This document shows positions 1-10,020 of a DNA stretch of 47,035 bases, piece after piece (the first letter of the stretch is position 1; the number at the start of each line of letters is the position of its first letter). Position numbers and translations under genes: made by a program. Location: positions 1 to 47,035 of the forward strand of contig JBFOMH010000037.1 of the NCBI GenBank assembly GCA_040830765.1. The letters are read 5' to 3'. The stretch comes from Puniceicoccaceae bacterium. GTDB taxonomy: Bacteria > Verrucomicrobiota > Verrucomicrobiia > Opitutales > Oceanipulchritudinaceae. The notes beneath the pieces were generated by a model. It had not been told where the DNA came from. It did not search any database and saw only the letters and a program-made list of their open reading frames with translations.

Positions 1-477
1 AAGAGGATGGGGCCTTTTTACAGCCGGGTGGTGATGGCGGATTTTGAAATCGGGTCTCACCGCTTTGTCGAGGGTGGCGGGGGGATCACCGCCGATGTCC
101 TGACGGAGCTCTGGCGTTCCACGGTACAGGCGTATTTTGGCGAAGCGATTCCGGAAGATGATCCGTACATGCATTCATGGGCCCGGATTCCCCATATCTA
201 CAATACGCCATTCTATGTCTACCAGTACGCCACCTGCTTTGCCTCGGCGGCCTCGTTGATAAAGCAGATGAAGGCGGATCCGGCAGCGACCGAGCGGTAT
301 ATTGAACTGCTGAAGTCAGGCGGGAACGATTACCCGATGAACCAGTTGAGGAAGGCCGGGATCGACTTGACGGATCCGCAGATCCTCCAGGCTGTGGTGG
401 ATGAATTCCGCGGCATGGTCGACCTGCTGGAAGCGGAGTATTCGCTTCTCCAGGCAGGGCAGTCGAAGAGGAGCTGA
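1..477 (+). CDS. pepF: Oligoendopeptidase F / peptidase M3B, C-terminal part (5'-truncated by window edge)
   Basis: Frame open from position 1. WARIPHIYNTPFYVYQYAT and YIELLKSGGNDYP...LRKAGIDL match the conserved M3B C-terminus. Stop TGA at 475-477. Confidence 0.85.
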   Translation, partial: KRMGPFYSRVVMADFEIGSHRFVEGGGGITADVLTELWRSTVQAYFGEAIPEDDPYMHSWARIPHIYNTPFYVYQYATCFASAASLIKQMKADPAATERYIELLKSGGNDYPMNQLRKAGIDLTDPQILQAVVDEFRGMVDLLEAEYSLLQAGQSKRS

Positions 478-487
478 ATGGCTTGCC

Positions 488-2122
488 TCAGGCCACCGGG
501 CAGGCATTGGCCATCTTGAAGAAGTCGTTCCCCTTGTCATCCACAAGGATGAAGGCCGGGAAGTCGACGACATCAATTTTCCAGATAGCCTCCATGCCGA
601 GCTCCGGATATTCCAGCACCTCGACCTTCTTGATATTGTCCTGGGCCAGGATAGCCGCCGGTCCACCAACCGAACCGAGGTAGAAACCGCCGTGCTTCTT
701 GCAGGCATCGGTCACCTGCTGACTGCGGTTGCCCTTGGCCAGCATGATCAGGGAGCCGCCATGGGACTGGAAGAGGTCGACGTAGGAATCCATCCGGCCC
801 GCGGTGGTGGGGCCGAAAGAACCGGAGGGCATACCTTCCGGGGTCTTGGCCGGACCCGCGTAGTAAATGGGATGGTTCTTGATGTAATCGGGGAGGTCTT
901 CCCCGGCATCGAGCCGTTCCTTCAGTTTGGCGTGGGCAATGTCCCGGCCTACGATAATGGTACCGGTCAGGGAAAGCTGGGTCGTGACCGGATATTTGCT
1001 CAAGGTGGCGAGAATGTCCTTCATGGGTTGGTTGAGATCGACCTTGACCACCCCCGGTTGGGACATCTTGCGGTATTCGTCCTTGATGAAGCGTCCCGGA
1101 TTCGGCTCAAGGGCCTCAATCCAAATGCCGTCCTTGTTGATCTTGGCCTTGGCATTGCGGTCCGCCGAACAGGAGACTCCCATCCCGACCGGGCAGGAGG
1201 CCCCGTGGCGGGGCAGGCGGATGACGCGCACGTCGAGCGCGAAGTACTTGCCCCCGAATTGCGCCCCGATCCCCGTTTGCTGGGCAATCTTGAGAAGCTT
1301 GGCCTCCAGTTCGCGGTCGCGGAAGGCCTGACCGAACTCATTGCCTTTCTCCGGCAACTCGTCGAGGTAGCGGGCCGAGGCCAGCTTGACGTACTTCAGG
1401 TTGGCTTCCGCGGATGTCCCACCAATGACAAAGGCCATGTGGTAGGGCGGGCAGGCAGCCGTGCCCATGCTCTTCATCTTGTCCGTGAGGAACGCCTCGA
1501 GGCTTTTCGGGTTCAGGAGGGCCTTTGTTTCCTGGAAGAGGAAGGTCTTGTTGGCCGAACCCCCTCCCTTGGCGACAAAAAGGAATTCATAGTCCATCCC
1601 GTCGGTGGCATAGATGTCGATTTGCGCCGGCAGGTTGTTCCCGGAGTTCTTCTCCGTGTACATGTCCAGCGGGACGGTTTGCGAATAGCGCAGGTTTTCC
1701 TCGGTGTAGGTTTTGAAGATGCCCTTGCTGAGGTGCCTTTCATCGCCCCCGCCGGTCCAGACCTGCTGGCCCTTCTTGGCCACAATTGTGGCGGTTCCGG
1801 TGTCCTGGCAGAACGGCAGGATGCCCCGCGCCGAAACCTCCGCATTGCGCAGCATGGCCAGGGCAACGTAGCGGTCATTATCGCTGGCCTCAGGATCCTC
1901 GAGGATGGCCGCGACCTGCTCAAGGTGGGACGGGCGCAGCATGAAGGAAATGTCCTTGCTGGCCTCATTGGCCAACAGTTCCAGCCCTTCCGGTTCAACA
2001 ACGAGGACCTCCTTGCCATCGAATTCAGTGACGCTGACATGGTCCTTGGTTAGCAGCCGGTACTCGGTTTTGTCCTCACCCAGGGGGATCGGTTTCTTGT
2101 AGATAAATTCAGGTGTGCTCAT
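488..2122 (-). CDS. Class I (Fe-S) fumarate hydratase, FumA/FumB type
   Basis: 544 aa with [33 protein letters not shown] and GPTTAGRMD motifs. Confidence 0.95.
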   Translation of the reverse strand: MSTPEFIYKKPIPLGEDKTEYRLLTKDHVSVTEFDGKEVLVVEPEGLELLANEASKDISFMLRPSHLEQVAAILEDPEASDNDRYVALAMLRNAEVSARGILPFCQDTGTATIVAKKGQQVWTGGGDERHLSKGIFKTYTEENLRYSQTVPLDMYTEKNSGNNLPAQIDIYATDGMDYEFLFVAKGGGSANKTFLFQETKALLNPKSLEAFLTDKMKSMGTAACPPYHMAFVIGGTSAEANLKYVKLASARYLDELPEKGNEFGQAFRDRELEAKLLKIAQQTGIGAQFGGKYFALDVRVIRLPRHGASCPVGMGVSCSADRNAKAKINKDGIWIEALEPNPGRFIKDEYRKMSQPGVVKVDLNQPMKDILATLSKYPVTTQLSLTGTIIVGRDIAHAKLKERLDAGEDLPDYIKNHPIYYAGPAKTPEGMPSGSFGPTTAGRMDSYVDLFQSHGGSLIMLAKGNRSQQVTDACKKHGGFYLGSVGGPAAILAQDNIKKVEVLEYPELGMEAIWKIDVVDFPAFILVDDKGNDFFKMANACPVA

Positions 2123-2260
2123 GATTGGAAAGTCTATGCCAAGCTATTAGATCGCATTCGTCAGAGGCAAACCTTTATTAGGAGACCTAATTAGAATTTA
2201 CCTACTGGAATCAACTTTGGGATGGCCTTTGCCGGAATCCCTCATTTAACGAAAGACTTT

Positions 2261-3169
2261 ATGGAAGCTGAGCTTGAAGGCAAAACCCGTCTGCGGGCCT
2301 GGTGGCGGCAATTGAGGATCCACCAGTGGAGCAAGAACCTTCTGCTTTTTGTGCCCATGCTGGCGGCCCACGCATTGGAGACGCCGGATCTGTGGCTGCG
2401 CACTCTCGCAGGCGCCTTGATGCTCAGCCTGGTCGCCAGTGCGACCTACATTTTCAATGACTGGCTGGACCTGCGGGGAGACCAGCTTGTCCCCGGAAAG
2501 CGGGACCGTCCCCTGGCCAGTGGTCAGCTTCACCCCCAAGCCGTTTCCTTCGCAGGATGGATACTCTTTCTGGCCGGCCTGTCCGGTGCCTTGCTGCTGG
2601 ATCCGCTGTTCTGCCTCCTGCTCTGGGGCTATGCTGTCACATCCATCGTCTATTCCACCTTTCTCAAACGCATCCTTCTTCTCGATGTCCTTGTCCTCAG
2701 CGGGATGTACCTTTGGCGTCTGGGCATGGGTGCCCAGCTGGCGGAGGTGCCCTTGTCTCCCTGGTTCCTTGGGTTTGCCCAGTTTTTCTTCCTCAGCCTT
2801 GCCTTGGCCAAGCGCTACTCGGAGCTGGTTCTGGAAGCCCGGGAGGGTGTGGCCAACCACATTCGCCGTCCCTACCGGAACAATGACCTACCTGTGATCA
2901 TGGCCTTTGGAACCGGATCGGCCCTCGTGGCTGTCCTTATCCTCGCCCTCTATATCAGCAGTGACCAATCCCAGGTCCTCTACACCAGCCCGGGACTGCT
3001 CTGGCTCCTCTGCCCGGTCATGCTTTACTGGTTGGCCCGGATCTGGTTCAAGACGCACCGGGGCGAATTGCTGACCGACCCGGTCCTCTTTGCCCTCCGT
3101 GACCGGGCCAGTCATGCCGTTCTCTTGCTTTTAGTCGTGATTGGCCTGCTGGCCAGTCTTGTGAACTGA
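2261..3169 (+). CDS. UbiA-family prenyltransferase, decaprenyl-phosphate phosphoribosyltransferase-like
   Basis: RIHQWSKNLLLF, YIFNDWLDLRGD, KRDRPLASG, LALAKRYSE and DPVLFALRD motifs; multi-pass hydrophobic. Start could alternatively be 2222. Stop overlaps the next ATG (TGATG). Confidence 0.85.
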   Translation: MEAELEGKTRLRAWWRQLRIHQWSKNLLLFVPMLAAHALETPDLWLRTLAGALMLSLVASATYIFNDWLDLRGDQLVPGKRDRPLASGQLHPQAVSFAGWILFLAGLSGALLLDPLFCLLLWGYAVTSIVYSTFLKRILLLDVLVLSGMYLWRLGMGAQLAEVPLSPWFLGFAQFFFLSLALAKRYSELVLEAREGVANHIRRPYRNNDLPVIMAFGTGSALVAVLILALYISSDQSQVLYTSPGLLWLLCPVMLYWLARIWFKTHRGELLTDPVLFALRDRASHAVLLLLVVIGLLASLVN

Positions 3170-4485
3170 TGGCGCTTCACTTTCAGTCCTGGGGGCGCAT
3201 CCAAAGCCAGACCGATCAGGCTGTTCCGGTCGGGGTGGGGCAGGTTCCCAAGCTCCCGGAATCGTCATTCCTTCCAGTAGGGCTGGGGCGCAGCTACGGG
3301 GACGCTTGTCTGAATGGTGAAGGAACGCTCCTGCTCATGGAGGGACGGAAAAATATCCTGTCCACGGATTGGGACACGGGACTCATTCGACTTGACGGAG
3401 GGTTCACCCTTGGTGCCCTTGCGGAAGCCAGCCTCCCGCAGGGATGGTTCCCGCCTGTCCTGCCTGGGACACGCCATGTGACGATTGGCGGAGCGATCGC
3501 CAACGATGTCCATGGGAAAAACCATCACCGGGCGGGGTCTTTTGGCAACCATGTGACGCGGCTCTGGTTGCTCCGCAGTGACCGGCCGGAACCCTTCGAA
3601 TGCTCACCTCAAAAGGAACCGGAACTCTTTCGCGCGACGATTGGCGGTTTGGGACTGACCGGCGTTATTCTGTCCGCCGAGATCCAGTTGAAGAAAGTCG
3701 AGGGGCCTTATCTGGAAGTTGAGTTTCTGCCATTTGATGACCTGGACACGTTTGCCAACCTGACTGTTGAAAGTGATGAAACCTGGGAATACACGGTTGC
3801 CTGGATAGATCTTGTCGCGGCATCAGCGGATCGCCTTCCGGGAATCTTCATGCGGGGAAACCATGTTCCGGATCCTGCGCCTGACAAGGCCACCAGCCCT
3901 CACCGAGCACTTTTCAAGTGGCCCTTTACCCTTCCGCTTTGTCCCTTCAACCGGTTTAGCTGCGGCTCCTTCAACCGTCTCTACGGCTGGCGTCAGAGGC
4001 TCCGGAAAACCTGCTTCCGCCAGCACTATGGTGCCTTCTTCCATCCATTGGATGTGATTGATGATTGGAACAAGCTGTACGGGCCGCGAGGATTCTTCCA
4101 GTACCAGTGTGTCATTCCAGAATCATCCGGCCTGGAACCGTTCCGGGAGATTTTCCGGCAATTACGGGAGCACCGAACAGCCGTTCCCCTGGCTGTCCTC
4201 AAGCAGACCGGAAGCCTTGAGGCGGCCGGTTGGTTGTCCTTCCCTATGCCGGGATGGACCCTGGCGATGGATATTCCCAACAAAGGAGAGAAGACCCTGC
4301 AGTTGTTCAAGGCCCTTGACGACATCGTTGGCTCCGCTGGCGGGAGGCTTTATCCGGCCAAGGATGCCGCCATGGGGAGCAGCTTTTTCCAATCGGGCTA
4401 TCCCCGGTGGCGTGAGCTCGAAGCGGTAAGGGATCCGGCAATCCAGTCCGATTTCTGGAAGCGCGTCACCGGCTCTTTTGAGTGA
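3169..4485 (+). CDS. FAD-binding oxidoreductase, DprE1 (decaprenylphosphoryl-beta-D-ribose oxidase)-like
   Basis: GLGRSYGD, PVLPGTRHVTIGGAIANDVHGKNHH, TIGGLGLTG, YGPRGFFQYQ, LSFPMPGWTLAMD and GGRLYPAKD are DprE1-family motifs. Confidence 0.88.
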   Translation: MALHFQSWGRIQSQTDQAVPVGVGQVPKLPESSFLPVGLGRSYGDACLNGEGTLLLMEGRKNILSTDWDTGLIRLDGGFTLGALAEASLPQGWFPPVLPGTRHVTIGGAIANDVHGKNHHRAGSFGNHVTRLWLLRSDRPEPFECSPQKEPELFRATIGGLGLTGVILSAEIQLKKVEGPYLEVEFLPFDDLDTFANLTVESDETWEYTVAWIDLVAASADRLPGIFMRGNHVPDPAPDKATSPHRALFKWPFTLPLCPFNRFSCGSFNRLYGWRQRLRKTCFRQHYGAFFHPLDVIDDWNKLYGPRGFFQYQCVIPESSGLEPFREIFRQLREHRTAVPLAVLKQTGSLEAAGWLSFPMPGWTLAMDIPNKGEKTLQLFKALDDIVGSAGGRLYPAKDAAMGSSFFQSGYPRWRELEAVRDPAIQSDFWKRVTGSFE

Positions 4486-4529
4486 ATTCCTTGTTGTCTC
4501 CGGTGGTGGCATCAGGCACGAATAGTCTC

Positions 4530-5933
4530 ATGCGAATTTACTTCATGAGCATCTGTGGGACTGGTATGGGCAATGGGGCGCTCCTGATGCGTTCCCTCGG
4601 CCATGAAGTACTCGGGGCCGACCAGAATACCTACCCCCCGATGTCCGACATGCTGGCTGGCGCCGGTATTGAAGTCCTCTCCGGCTATGATGCTGCTCGC
4701 CTGGAAAAATTGGCTCCCGATCTGGTCGTTGTTGGCAATGTCAATACCCGGGGTAATCCTGAAGTGGAATGGCTCCTTGAGACCCGCGGGCTCCCGTTTG
4801 TCTCCCTCCCGCAATTGCTGGCCTCGGAAATCCTGGGCAAGCGCAAGGCGGTCGTGGTGGCCGGAACGCATGGAAAAACCACTACAACCACCCTGACTAC
4901 CTTCCTCCTGCGGCATGCCGGATTTGATGTCGGTCATCTTGTCGGAGGCGTCCCCAACGACCTGCCATCCGGGGCCCATGCCGGTGATCCGGAAGCGCCA
5001 TTTGTCATCGAGGGGGACGAATATGACAGCGCCTTTTTCGACAAGCGGAGCAAGTTCATCCATTATTGCCCGAAAGTTCTTGTCCTCAACAACCTTGAAT
5101 TTGACCACGCGGACATCTTCCGCGATTTGCCTGATGTCCAGCGGACTTTCAGCCATCTCATCAAGCTGGTGCCCCAGAACGGTTGTATCTTGTCCAACAG
5201 TGATGACTCGAATCTTGAGGAACTGGTGCATGTCGACTGGACACAGGTTCTGCGCGTCGGCATGGGAGACCGGGCGGACCTGAAAATCCGCAACTTCAGT
5301 GAAGGGCCGGATGGAAGCCAGTTTGACCTTGAATTCAAGGGGCGTCCATGGGCCCATGTGGCGTGGGGACTGTGGGGACTTTACAATGCCCGTAACGCCG
5401 CCATGGCCGCCCTGGCGGCTGCCCTCGCAGGTGGTCTGGAGGATCCCACCCGGTTGAACCTGGATCCCCTTTCCACCTTCCGTGGGGTCAAGCGCCGACA
5501 GGAGGTCCTGTTGCAGAAAGAAGGCCTGACCGTTATGACGGACTTTGCCCACCATCCGACTGCCATCGGAGAGACCCTGGATTCCCTGCGGGAGCGATTT
5601 CCCGGGCAGCGCCTGGTCATGTGTTTCGAAGCCCGCTCCAACACCGCCTGCCGGAAGGTGCATGAGACGGCCTTCGAGCTCGCCTTTGACAAGGCCGACG
5701 TTGTCCACCTGGGGGCTGTCTTCCGGGCCGAGCGTTATGCGGATTCAGACCGGATTGATTTGCCGGGGATGGCCGAGCGGTTGGGCAGCAAGGCAATCGC
5801 TCACTCCAGCAACGAGGATCTGGAGCGCATGCTAATCAAGCAGGCACCGGAGTTAAGGGATGCCGTGTGGGTATTTTTCAGTAACGGTTCGTTTGATGGT
5901 ATTCCCCAGAGGATTGCTGCCACTTTGAAGTAA
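4530..5933 (+). CDS. mpl: UDP-N-acetylmuramate:L-Ala-gamma-D-Glu-meso-DAP ligase (murein peptide ligase)
   Basis: ICGTGMG, YPPMS, AGTHGKTTTT, EGDEYDSAFFDKRSKF, NNLEFDHADIF, DFAHHPTAI, FEARSNT and SNGSFDGI motifs. ATG at 4530. Confidence 0.92.
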   Translation: MRIYFMSICGTGMGNGALLMRSLGHEVLGADQNTYPPMSDMLAGAGIEVLSGYDAARLEKLAPDLVVVGNVNTRGNPEVEWLLETRGLPFVSLPQLLASEILGKRKAVVVAGTHGKTTTTTLTTFLLRHAGFDVGHLVGGVPNDLPSGAHAGDPEAPFVIEGDEYDSAFFDKRSKFIHYCPKVLVLNNLEFDHADIFRDLPDVQRTFSHLIKLVPQNGCILSNSDDSNLEELVHVDWTQVLRVGMGDRADLKIRNFSEGPDGSQFDLEFKGRPWAHVAWGLWGLYNARNAAMAALAAALAGGLEDPTRLNLDPLSTFRGVKRRQEVLLQKEGLTVMTDFAHHPTAIGETLDSLRERFPGQRLVMCFEARSNTACRKVHETAFELAFDKADVVHLGAVFRAERYADSDRIDLPGMAERLGSKAIAHSSNEDLERMLIKQAPELRDAVWVFFSNGSFDGIPQRIAATLK

Positions 5934-5999
5934 TTTCAGGCGATTCGAACGCTTCGGCGTTGACCCGGGGTGGGGTGGCGAGAAAAGTAGGATTATTGG

Positions 6000-6869
6000 A
6001 TGAAGCGTGAGTTGGCAGCAGTCTATGATGAGTTGGTTCGCCGGCAGAAAGGTGGCGAGGAATCCATCTATCTCAGTGATGAGGTTGTGGGGCTCTTGCG
6101 GACGGCAAACGCTGAAGCCGTCAAGGAAGCTGCATCAGTACCCCCACCGGAAGCGCCGCAGGCATCACCCGGGAAGCCGGCTGCTTCAAGCCGCAAGAAA
6201 AAGGTGGTCATCGAGGTACCGGAAGCGCCAGTGGTCGAGTTGCCGGCGGGCGACAAGGCAAGCCGTTGGGCAGCGCTTCGCGATCAGGTGTTGGCGGACC
6301 CGTGGTGCAACTCCCAGGTCAAGCCCGGGAAGCAGGTGGTCTTTGGTGTTGGAACTATAGAGGCGCGGATTTTCTTTTGTGGAGAGGCGCCGGGTGCTGA
6401 TGAGGAGATCCAGGGAGAGCCTTTCGTCGGTCCGGCAGGGCAATTGCTGACGAAAGTCATCAAGGCGATGGGGCTGGAGCGCGAGGATGTCTACATTGCC
6501 AACATCATGAATTACCGCCCGCCGATGTCGACGCCGGTGGGAAACCGGGCTCCGGAGCTGAACGAAATGGCTTACTGCCTGCCGTATCTGAAGGCCCAGC
6601 TGGAGATTGTTGCTCCTGAAGTCATTGTTGCCTTGGGCAATACCGCCATGGAGGGCCTTATGGGACATGATCCGAAACGACGAATCACAAAAATCCGGGG
6701 CCAGTGGATGGAGTTCAACGGGATACCCCTCTTACCCACATTTCATCCCAGTTATTTACTGCGCAACCAGAGCATGAGCACCAAGCGACTTGTCTGGGAA
6801 GACATGCTGGCCGTCATGGAAAAGCTGGAGATGCCGGTATCCGAGAAACAACGGGGTTACTTCAAATAG
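6000..6869 (+). CDS. Uracil-DNA glycosylase, family 4-like, with N-terminal extension
   Basis: VFGVG, GEAPG..E...GEPFVGPAG, NRAP, VALG and HPSYLLR motifs. Confidence 0.92.
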   Translation: MKRELAAVYDELVRRQKGGEESIYLSDEVVGLLRTANAEAVKEAASVPPPEAPQASPGKPAASSRKKKVVIEVPEAPVVELPAGDKASRWAALRDQVLADPWCNSQVKPGKQVVFGVGTIEARIFFCGEAPGADEEIQGEPFVGPAGQLLTKVIKAMGLEREDVYIANIMNYRPPMSTPVGNRAPELNEMAYCLPYLKAQLEIVAPEVIVALGNTAMEGLMGHDPKRRITKIRGQWMEFNGIPLLPTFHPSYLLRNQSMSTKRLVWEDMLAVMEKLEMPVSEKQRGYFK

Positions 6870-6877
6870 CACCCTGC

Positions 6878-9800
6878 TCATTCAAGACGGAAAGCAACCG
6901 ATGGGGAACCTGCCTCAGGATGAATGGAATTCTCGTCTTCGGGGATCACCACGAACAGGCGTTCGGTTGGGATGGAGGCCTCTTGCTCAAGGAAGGTCCT
7001 CACCGTTGCAGCCCTGAGGTTGGCCAACTCCTGCAGACGCTCTACTTCAATCTCGACTGCTTCCAGAATGCTGGTCTCCATCGTCGATGGTGAAATGACA
7101 TCCGTAGCAGCGGGCTCTGCCGGAGTCTCGGTCTCAACCTCGGTGACTGCTTCACTGACTTCGGTCTGGTCCCCGTTATCGTCGCCCCCAAACAAGTTCC
7201 GGATAAAGGTTCGAATCCCGAATCCTTCCGCCTCATCCGGCTCAGGCTCCGGTACATTCCCAACAGGTGAGGCCGGTTCCGTCGTTGGGGTGCCTGACGG
7301 GAACATCGCATAATAAAGCTTCTCAAGAAACCGGTTCCGTTCCTCCGGTGTCAGTTCAATTTCCTCAAGAGTCCGTGAAGTCCTTCCGCGACTCTCCAGT
7401 TCCCGGAGCCGGAGGGAGCGCAGGGTATTTTCCAGTTTAGTCCGCTTGAGCGTTTCCGTTTCCTCGATTCCGCCTGCCCGGCCAATTATCTCCAGGTTCA
7501 GGTTGGGCCGTTCCCTCAAGGCCGTTGCCAAAACGTTGAGGGTCTCCAGTCCCTGTTCGTCCAAGGATGTGCTGCCAGGGAGGAAGGCGACCTGGCTCAA
7601 GTCCATTTCCCCGCCTCCCGGAACAAGTCCACCCAGGATGGAGAACGGTGAGGTGACCAGTTTTGTGATCAAATTGAAGAGGGCGCGTCCAATCACCCTT
7701 CCAAAACTGAACTCCGGATCGTTGAGGTCTCCGGACACCGGGACGTCGATTTCAATGACGCCCTTGGAGTCTTTCAGGAGGGAAACGGCCAAAGGAACCG
7801 GAAGATTGACCGCATCCTCGCTGGGAACCTTCTCTCCCAGGGTCAACTGGTCGATGGTCATGAGGTTTTCCCCGCTTAATTGGGCCTGGGAAATCTGGTA
7901 GCTAAGATCAAACGAGAGCTTGCCCTTGCTCAGGGGATAGCCGGTGAACTTTGCCGAATAGGGGCTCACTTCCGTCAGGTTAAAGCCGTCAAAACGGACG
8001 GTCACATCACTGAACCGGTCTTCCTGGAGAGGATTGATTTCCCCGCTGACAGCCAACTGGGTTCCATCCGAAAGTTTGCCTTTCAGATCGAGGTCGGCGC
8101 GCGCCAGTTCCTCCGAAGAGAGTCCGGCAACTGTGCCGGATAAGCTTTCCAATCCGAGGTTCACGGATGGGGAAACTTGCCGGTCAATGACACTGGCCCC
8201 TGCGTTTTCAATGACGATCCTTCCGATTGTAACTGGAAAGGGAATGCCCAGCCCGGCTCCGGCAGACTTCGGTTCCACCTCTTCTGGGCTGTCCTTGCTC
8301 AGCGCTGCCAGATTGGAGATACCGTCCTCGTTGATCAGGACAGTAGCCTGGGCATCCTTGAGGATTATTTCCCCGATGTCCAAGGCAGTTTCGTTGTAGG
8401 AAGCTTCAATCGCGGAGATGTCGAGGCGGCTGAACGAGACCAGCGGCTCTTCCCCAATAACGGCGAAGTCGTTGAGCCAAAGGTTGCCCAAGAACCGGCC
8501 GGATGGCCCTTGTTCGCCTATCGCAAACCGGGATTGGCCCTGGAGGTTCAGCTTTCCTCCCTGGAGCGTCAGGTTTACAAATTCAGCGATGTAGGGATTG
8601 GCCGCACCGAGCTCGATATCCCCGAGGGCAAGGGAGAGGTCGCCGCCAAGGGGACTGAGAGTCGCTTTCCCTTCCGAGGCAATGGTTCCGCCGGTCCGGA
8701 GGGATGTGTTGAACTCGATGTCCATCTCAGAGCCCGCAGTGCTGTTGATGTTGCGGAGCTTGAGAGAAGTTTTGTCCATGGCCAGGGTCACGGGATTTTC
8801 GATCGAGCGGTCGACGAACTGGAGGGAGAAGTCTTCCAACGAGAAGGCCTCCACCTGGTAGGCCAACGGTGGCATCGACTCGGTCGGTTCCGCCACCTCC
8901 CCGGTGGATTCCGGTTGCCAGACGGTTGACTTGACATGCTGCAACAGGTCCAGCGATCCATCCTCCAGCCTGTTGAAAAGGAACTCTCCGGATGAGAGAC
9001 GGACCGTCTTTACCTCGGCCGAGCGCGAAGCCTGGTCCATTTGCAGGCCTTCAATCGAGCCCTGGGCGATGGTGATGACCGGGCTGCGGTTTCCGGAGTC
9101 GACAATTTCCAGGTTCTCAAAGGAAGCAGAAGCATCCGCCACACGAGCTGTTCCAGATGCGCCGGATGAATATTCATAGTCTGCCTGGATATGTAATTTA
9201 CCGCTGATGATATCCGTGTTGAGGACGATATCGTAATAGGGCTCGTACTTTGGCATGGAGATGTGGTCGAGTTGGAGTGATCCCTTTGAACGAACCGGGG
9301 CCAGAGCGACAAATCCCTCCCAGGAGAGTGACTCGCCGGACTCCGAAGTGGCGGAAAACGAATAGGGTGCATCCGACTCACCGGATGTGTGGAACTCAGC
9401 GATATCGAAAGAGATGGGTGCAATACTTGTCCGAAATGGAGTACTGCGGGAGAGATCGGTAAAGGAAAAGTTTCCCTCAACAACACGCAGGAGGCCGACT
9501 TTCAGGTGCCAGCCATTGGACTCCTCGGGCTGCGAAGCACTGGTACCCGTTACCTGGTTGAGGATATCGGCGATATTCAAACTCCCATCCGACTGAATTT
9601 GAATCCGGAAGTAGGGATCCACGAGATCGACTTCCTTGAAATGAATCTCCCGGAAGAGGAATCCAAATAATTGCAGGTTACCTTTTAAACGGCCCAGCGA
9701 AAGGAGCACCTCGCCATCTGTATCCTTGATCGTGAATCCGGTAAACGTGGCAGAGAGGGTGAAGGGGTTGACCGCCAGCTTCTCAAGGACGACTTCCCGG

Positions 9801-9955
9801 CCAGTCAGCTTGGCGACCTCCTCCACGATTCGTGGCTTGGCCATCCCCGGCACGAGGAGGAATCCAATTATGGCATAGAGACCAACGACCAGCATCGCAA
9901 ATGTCAGCCATTTGCGCCGCCGGGTTCCAAACAAAACTTCTTTCAAACGACTCAT
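6878..9955 (-). CDS. DUF748 / AsmA-like envelope protein with N-terminal membrane anchor and C-terminal OmpA-like segment
   Basis: N-terminal TM followed by NPFTLS. Long beta-rich body. SPYSAKFTGY..KGKL, LPVPLAVSLLKD, DVPVSGDLNDPEFS and KLVTSPFS motifs, then F.PGS..L and LA..RA..V. Confidence 0.8.
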   Translation of the reverse strand: MSRLKEVLFGTRRRKWLTFAMLVVGLYAIIGFLLVPGMAKPRIVEEVAKLTGREVVLEKLAVNPFTLSATFTGFTIKDTDGEVLLSLGRLKGNLQLFGFLFREIHFKEVDLVDPYFRIQIQSDGSLNIADILNQVTGTSASQPEESNGWHLKVGLLRVVEGNFSFTDLSRSTPFRTSIAPISFDIAEFHTSGESDAPYSFSATSESGESLSWEGFVALAPVRSKGSLQLDHISMPKYEPYYDIVLNTDIISGKLHIQADYEYSSGASGTARVADASASFENLEIVDSGNRSPVITIAQGSIEGLQMDQASRSAEVKTVRLSSGEFLFNRLEDGSLDLLQHVKSTVWQPESTGEVAEPTESMPPLAYQVEAFSLEDFSLQFVDRSIENPVTLAMDKTSLKLRNINSTAGSEMDIEFNTSLRTGGTIASEGKATLSPLGGDLSLALGDIELGAANPYIAEFVNLTLQGGKLNLQGQSRFAIGEQGPSGRFLGNLWLNDFAVIGEEPLVSFSRLDISAIEASYNETALDIGEIILKDAQATVLINEDGISNLAALSKDSPEEVEPKSAGAGLGIPFPVTIGRIVIENAGASVIDRQVSPSVNLGLESLSGTVAGLSSEELARADLDLKGKLSDGTQLAVSGEINPLQEDRFSDVTVRFDGFNLTEVSPYSAKFTGYPLSKGKLSFDLSYQISQAQLSGENLMTIDQLTLGEKVPSEDAVNLPVPLAVSLLKDSKGVIEIDVPVSGDLNDPEFSFGRVIGRALFNLITKLVTSPFSILGGLVPGGGEMDLSQVAFLPGSTSLDEQGLETLNVLATALRERPNLNLEIIGRAGGIEETETLKRTKLENTLRSLRLRELESRGRTSRTLEEIELTPEERNRFLEKLYYAMFPSGTPTTEPASPVGNVPEPEPDEAEGFGIRTFIRNLFGGDDNGDQTEVSEAVTEVETETPAEPAATDVISPSTMETSILEAVEIEVERLQELANLRAATVRTFLEQEASIPTERLFVVIPEDENSIHPEAGSPSVAFRLE

Positions 9956-10020
9956 GATGATGCTCTCCCTTCATTAAAGGGAAATCATGGCCGCTTGCAC
10001 CACTATTCTGCCAGCGCTCC

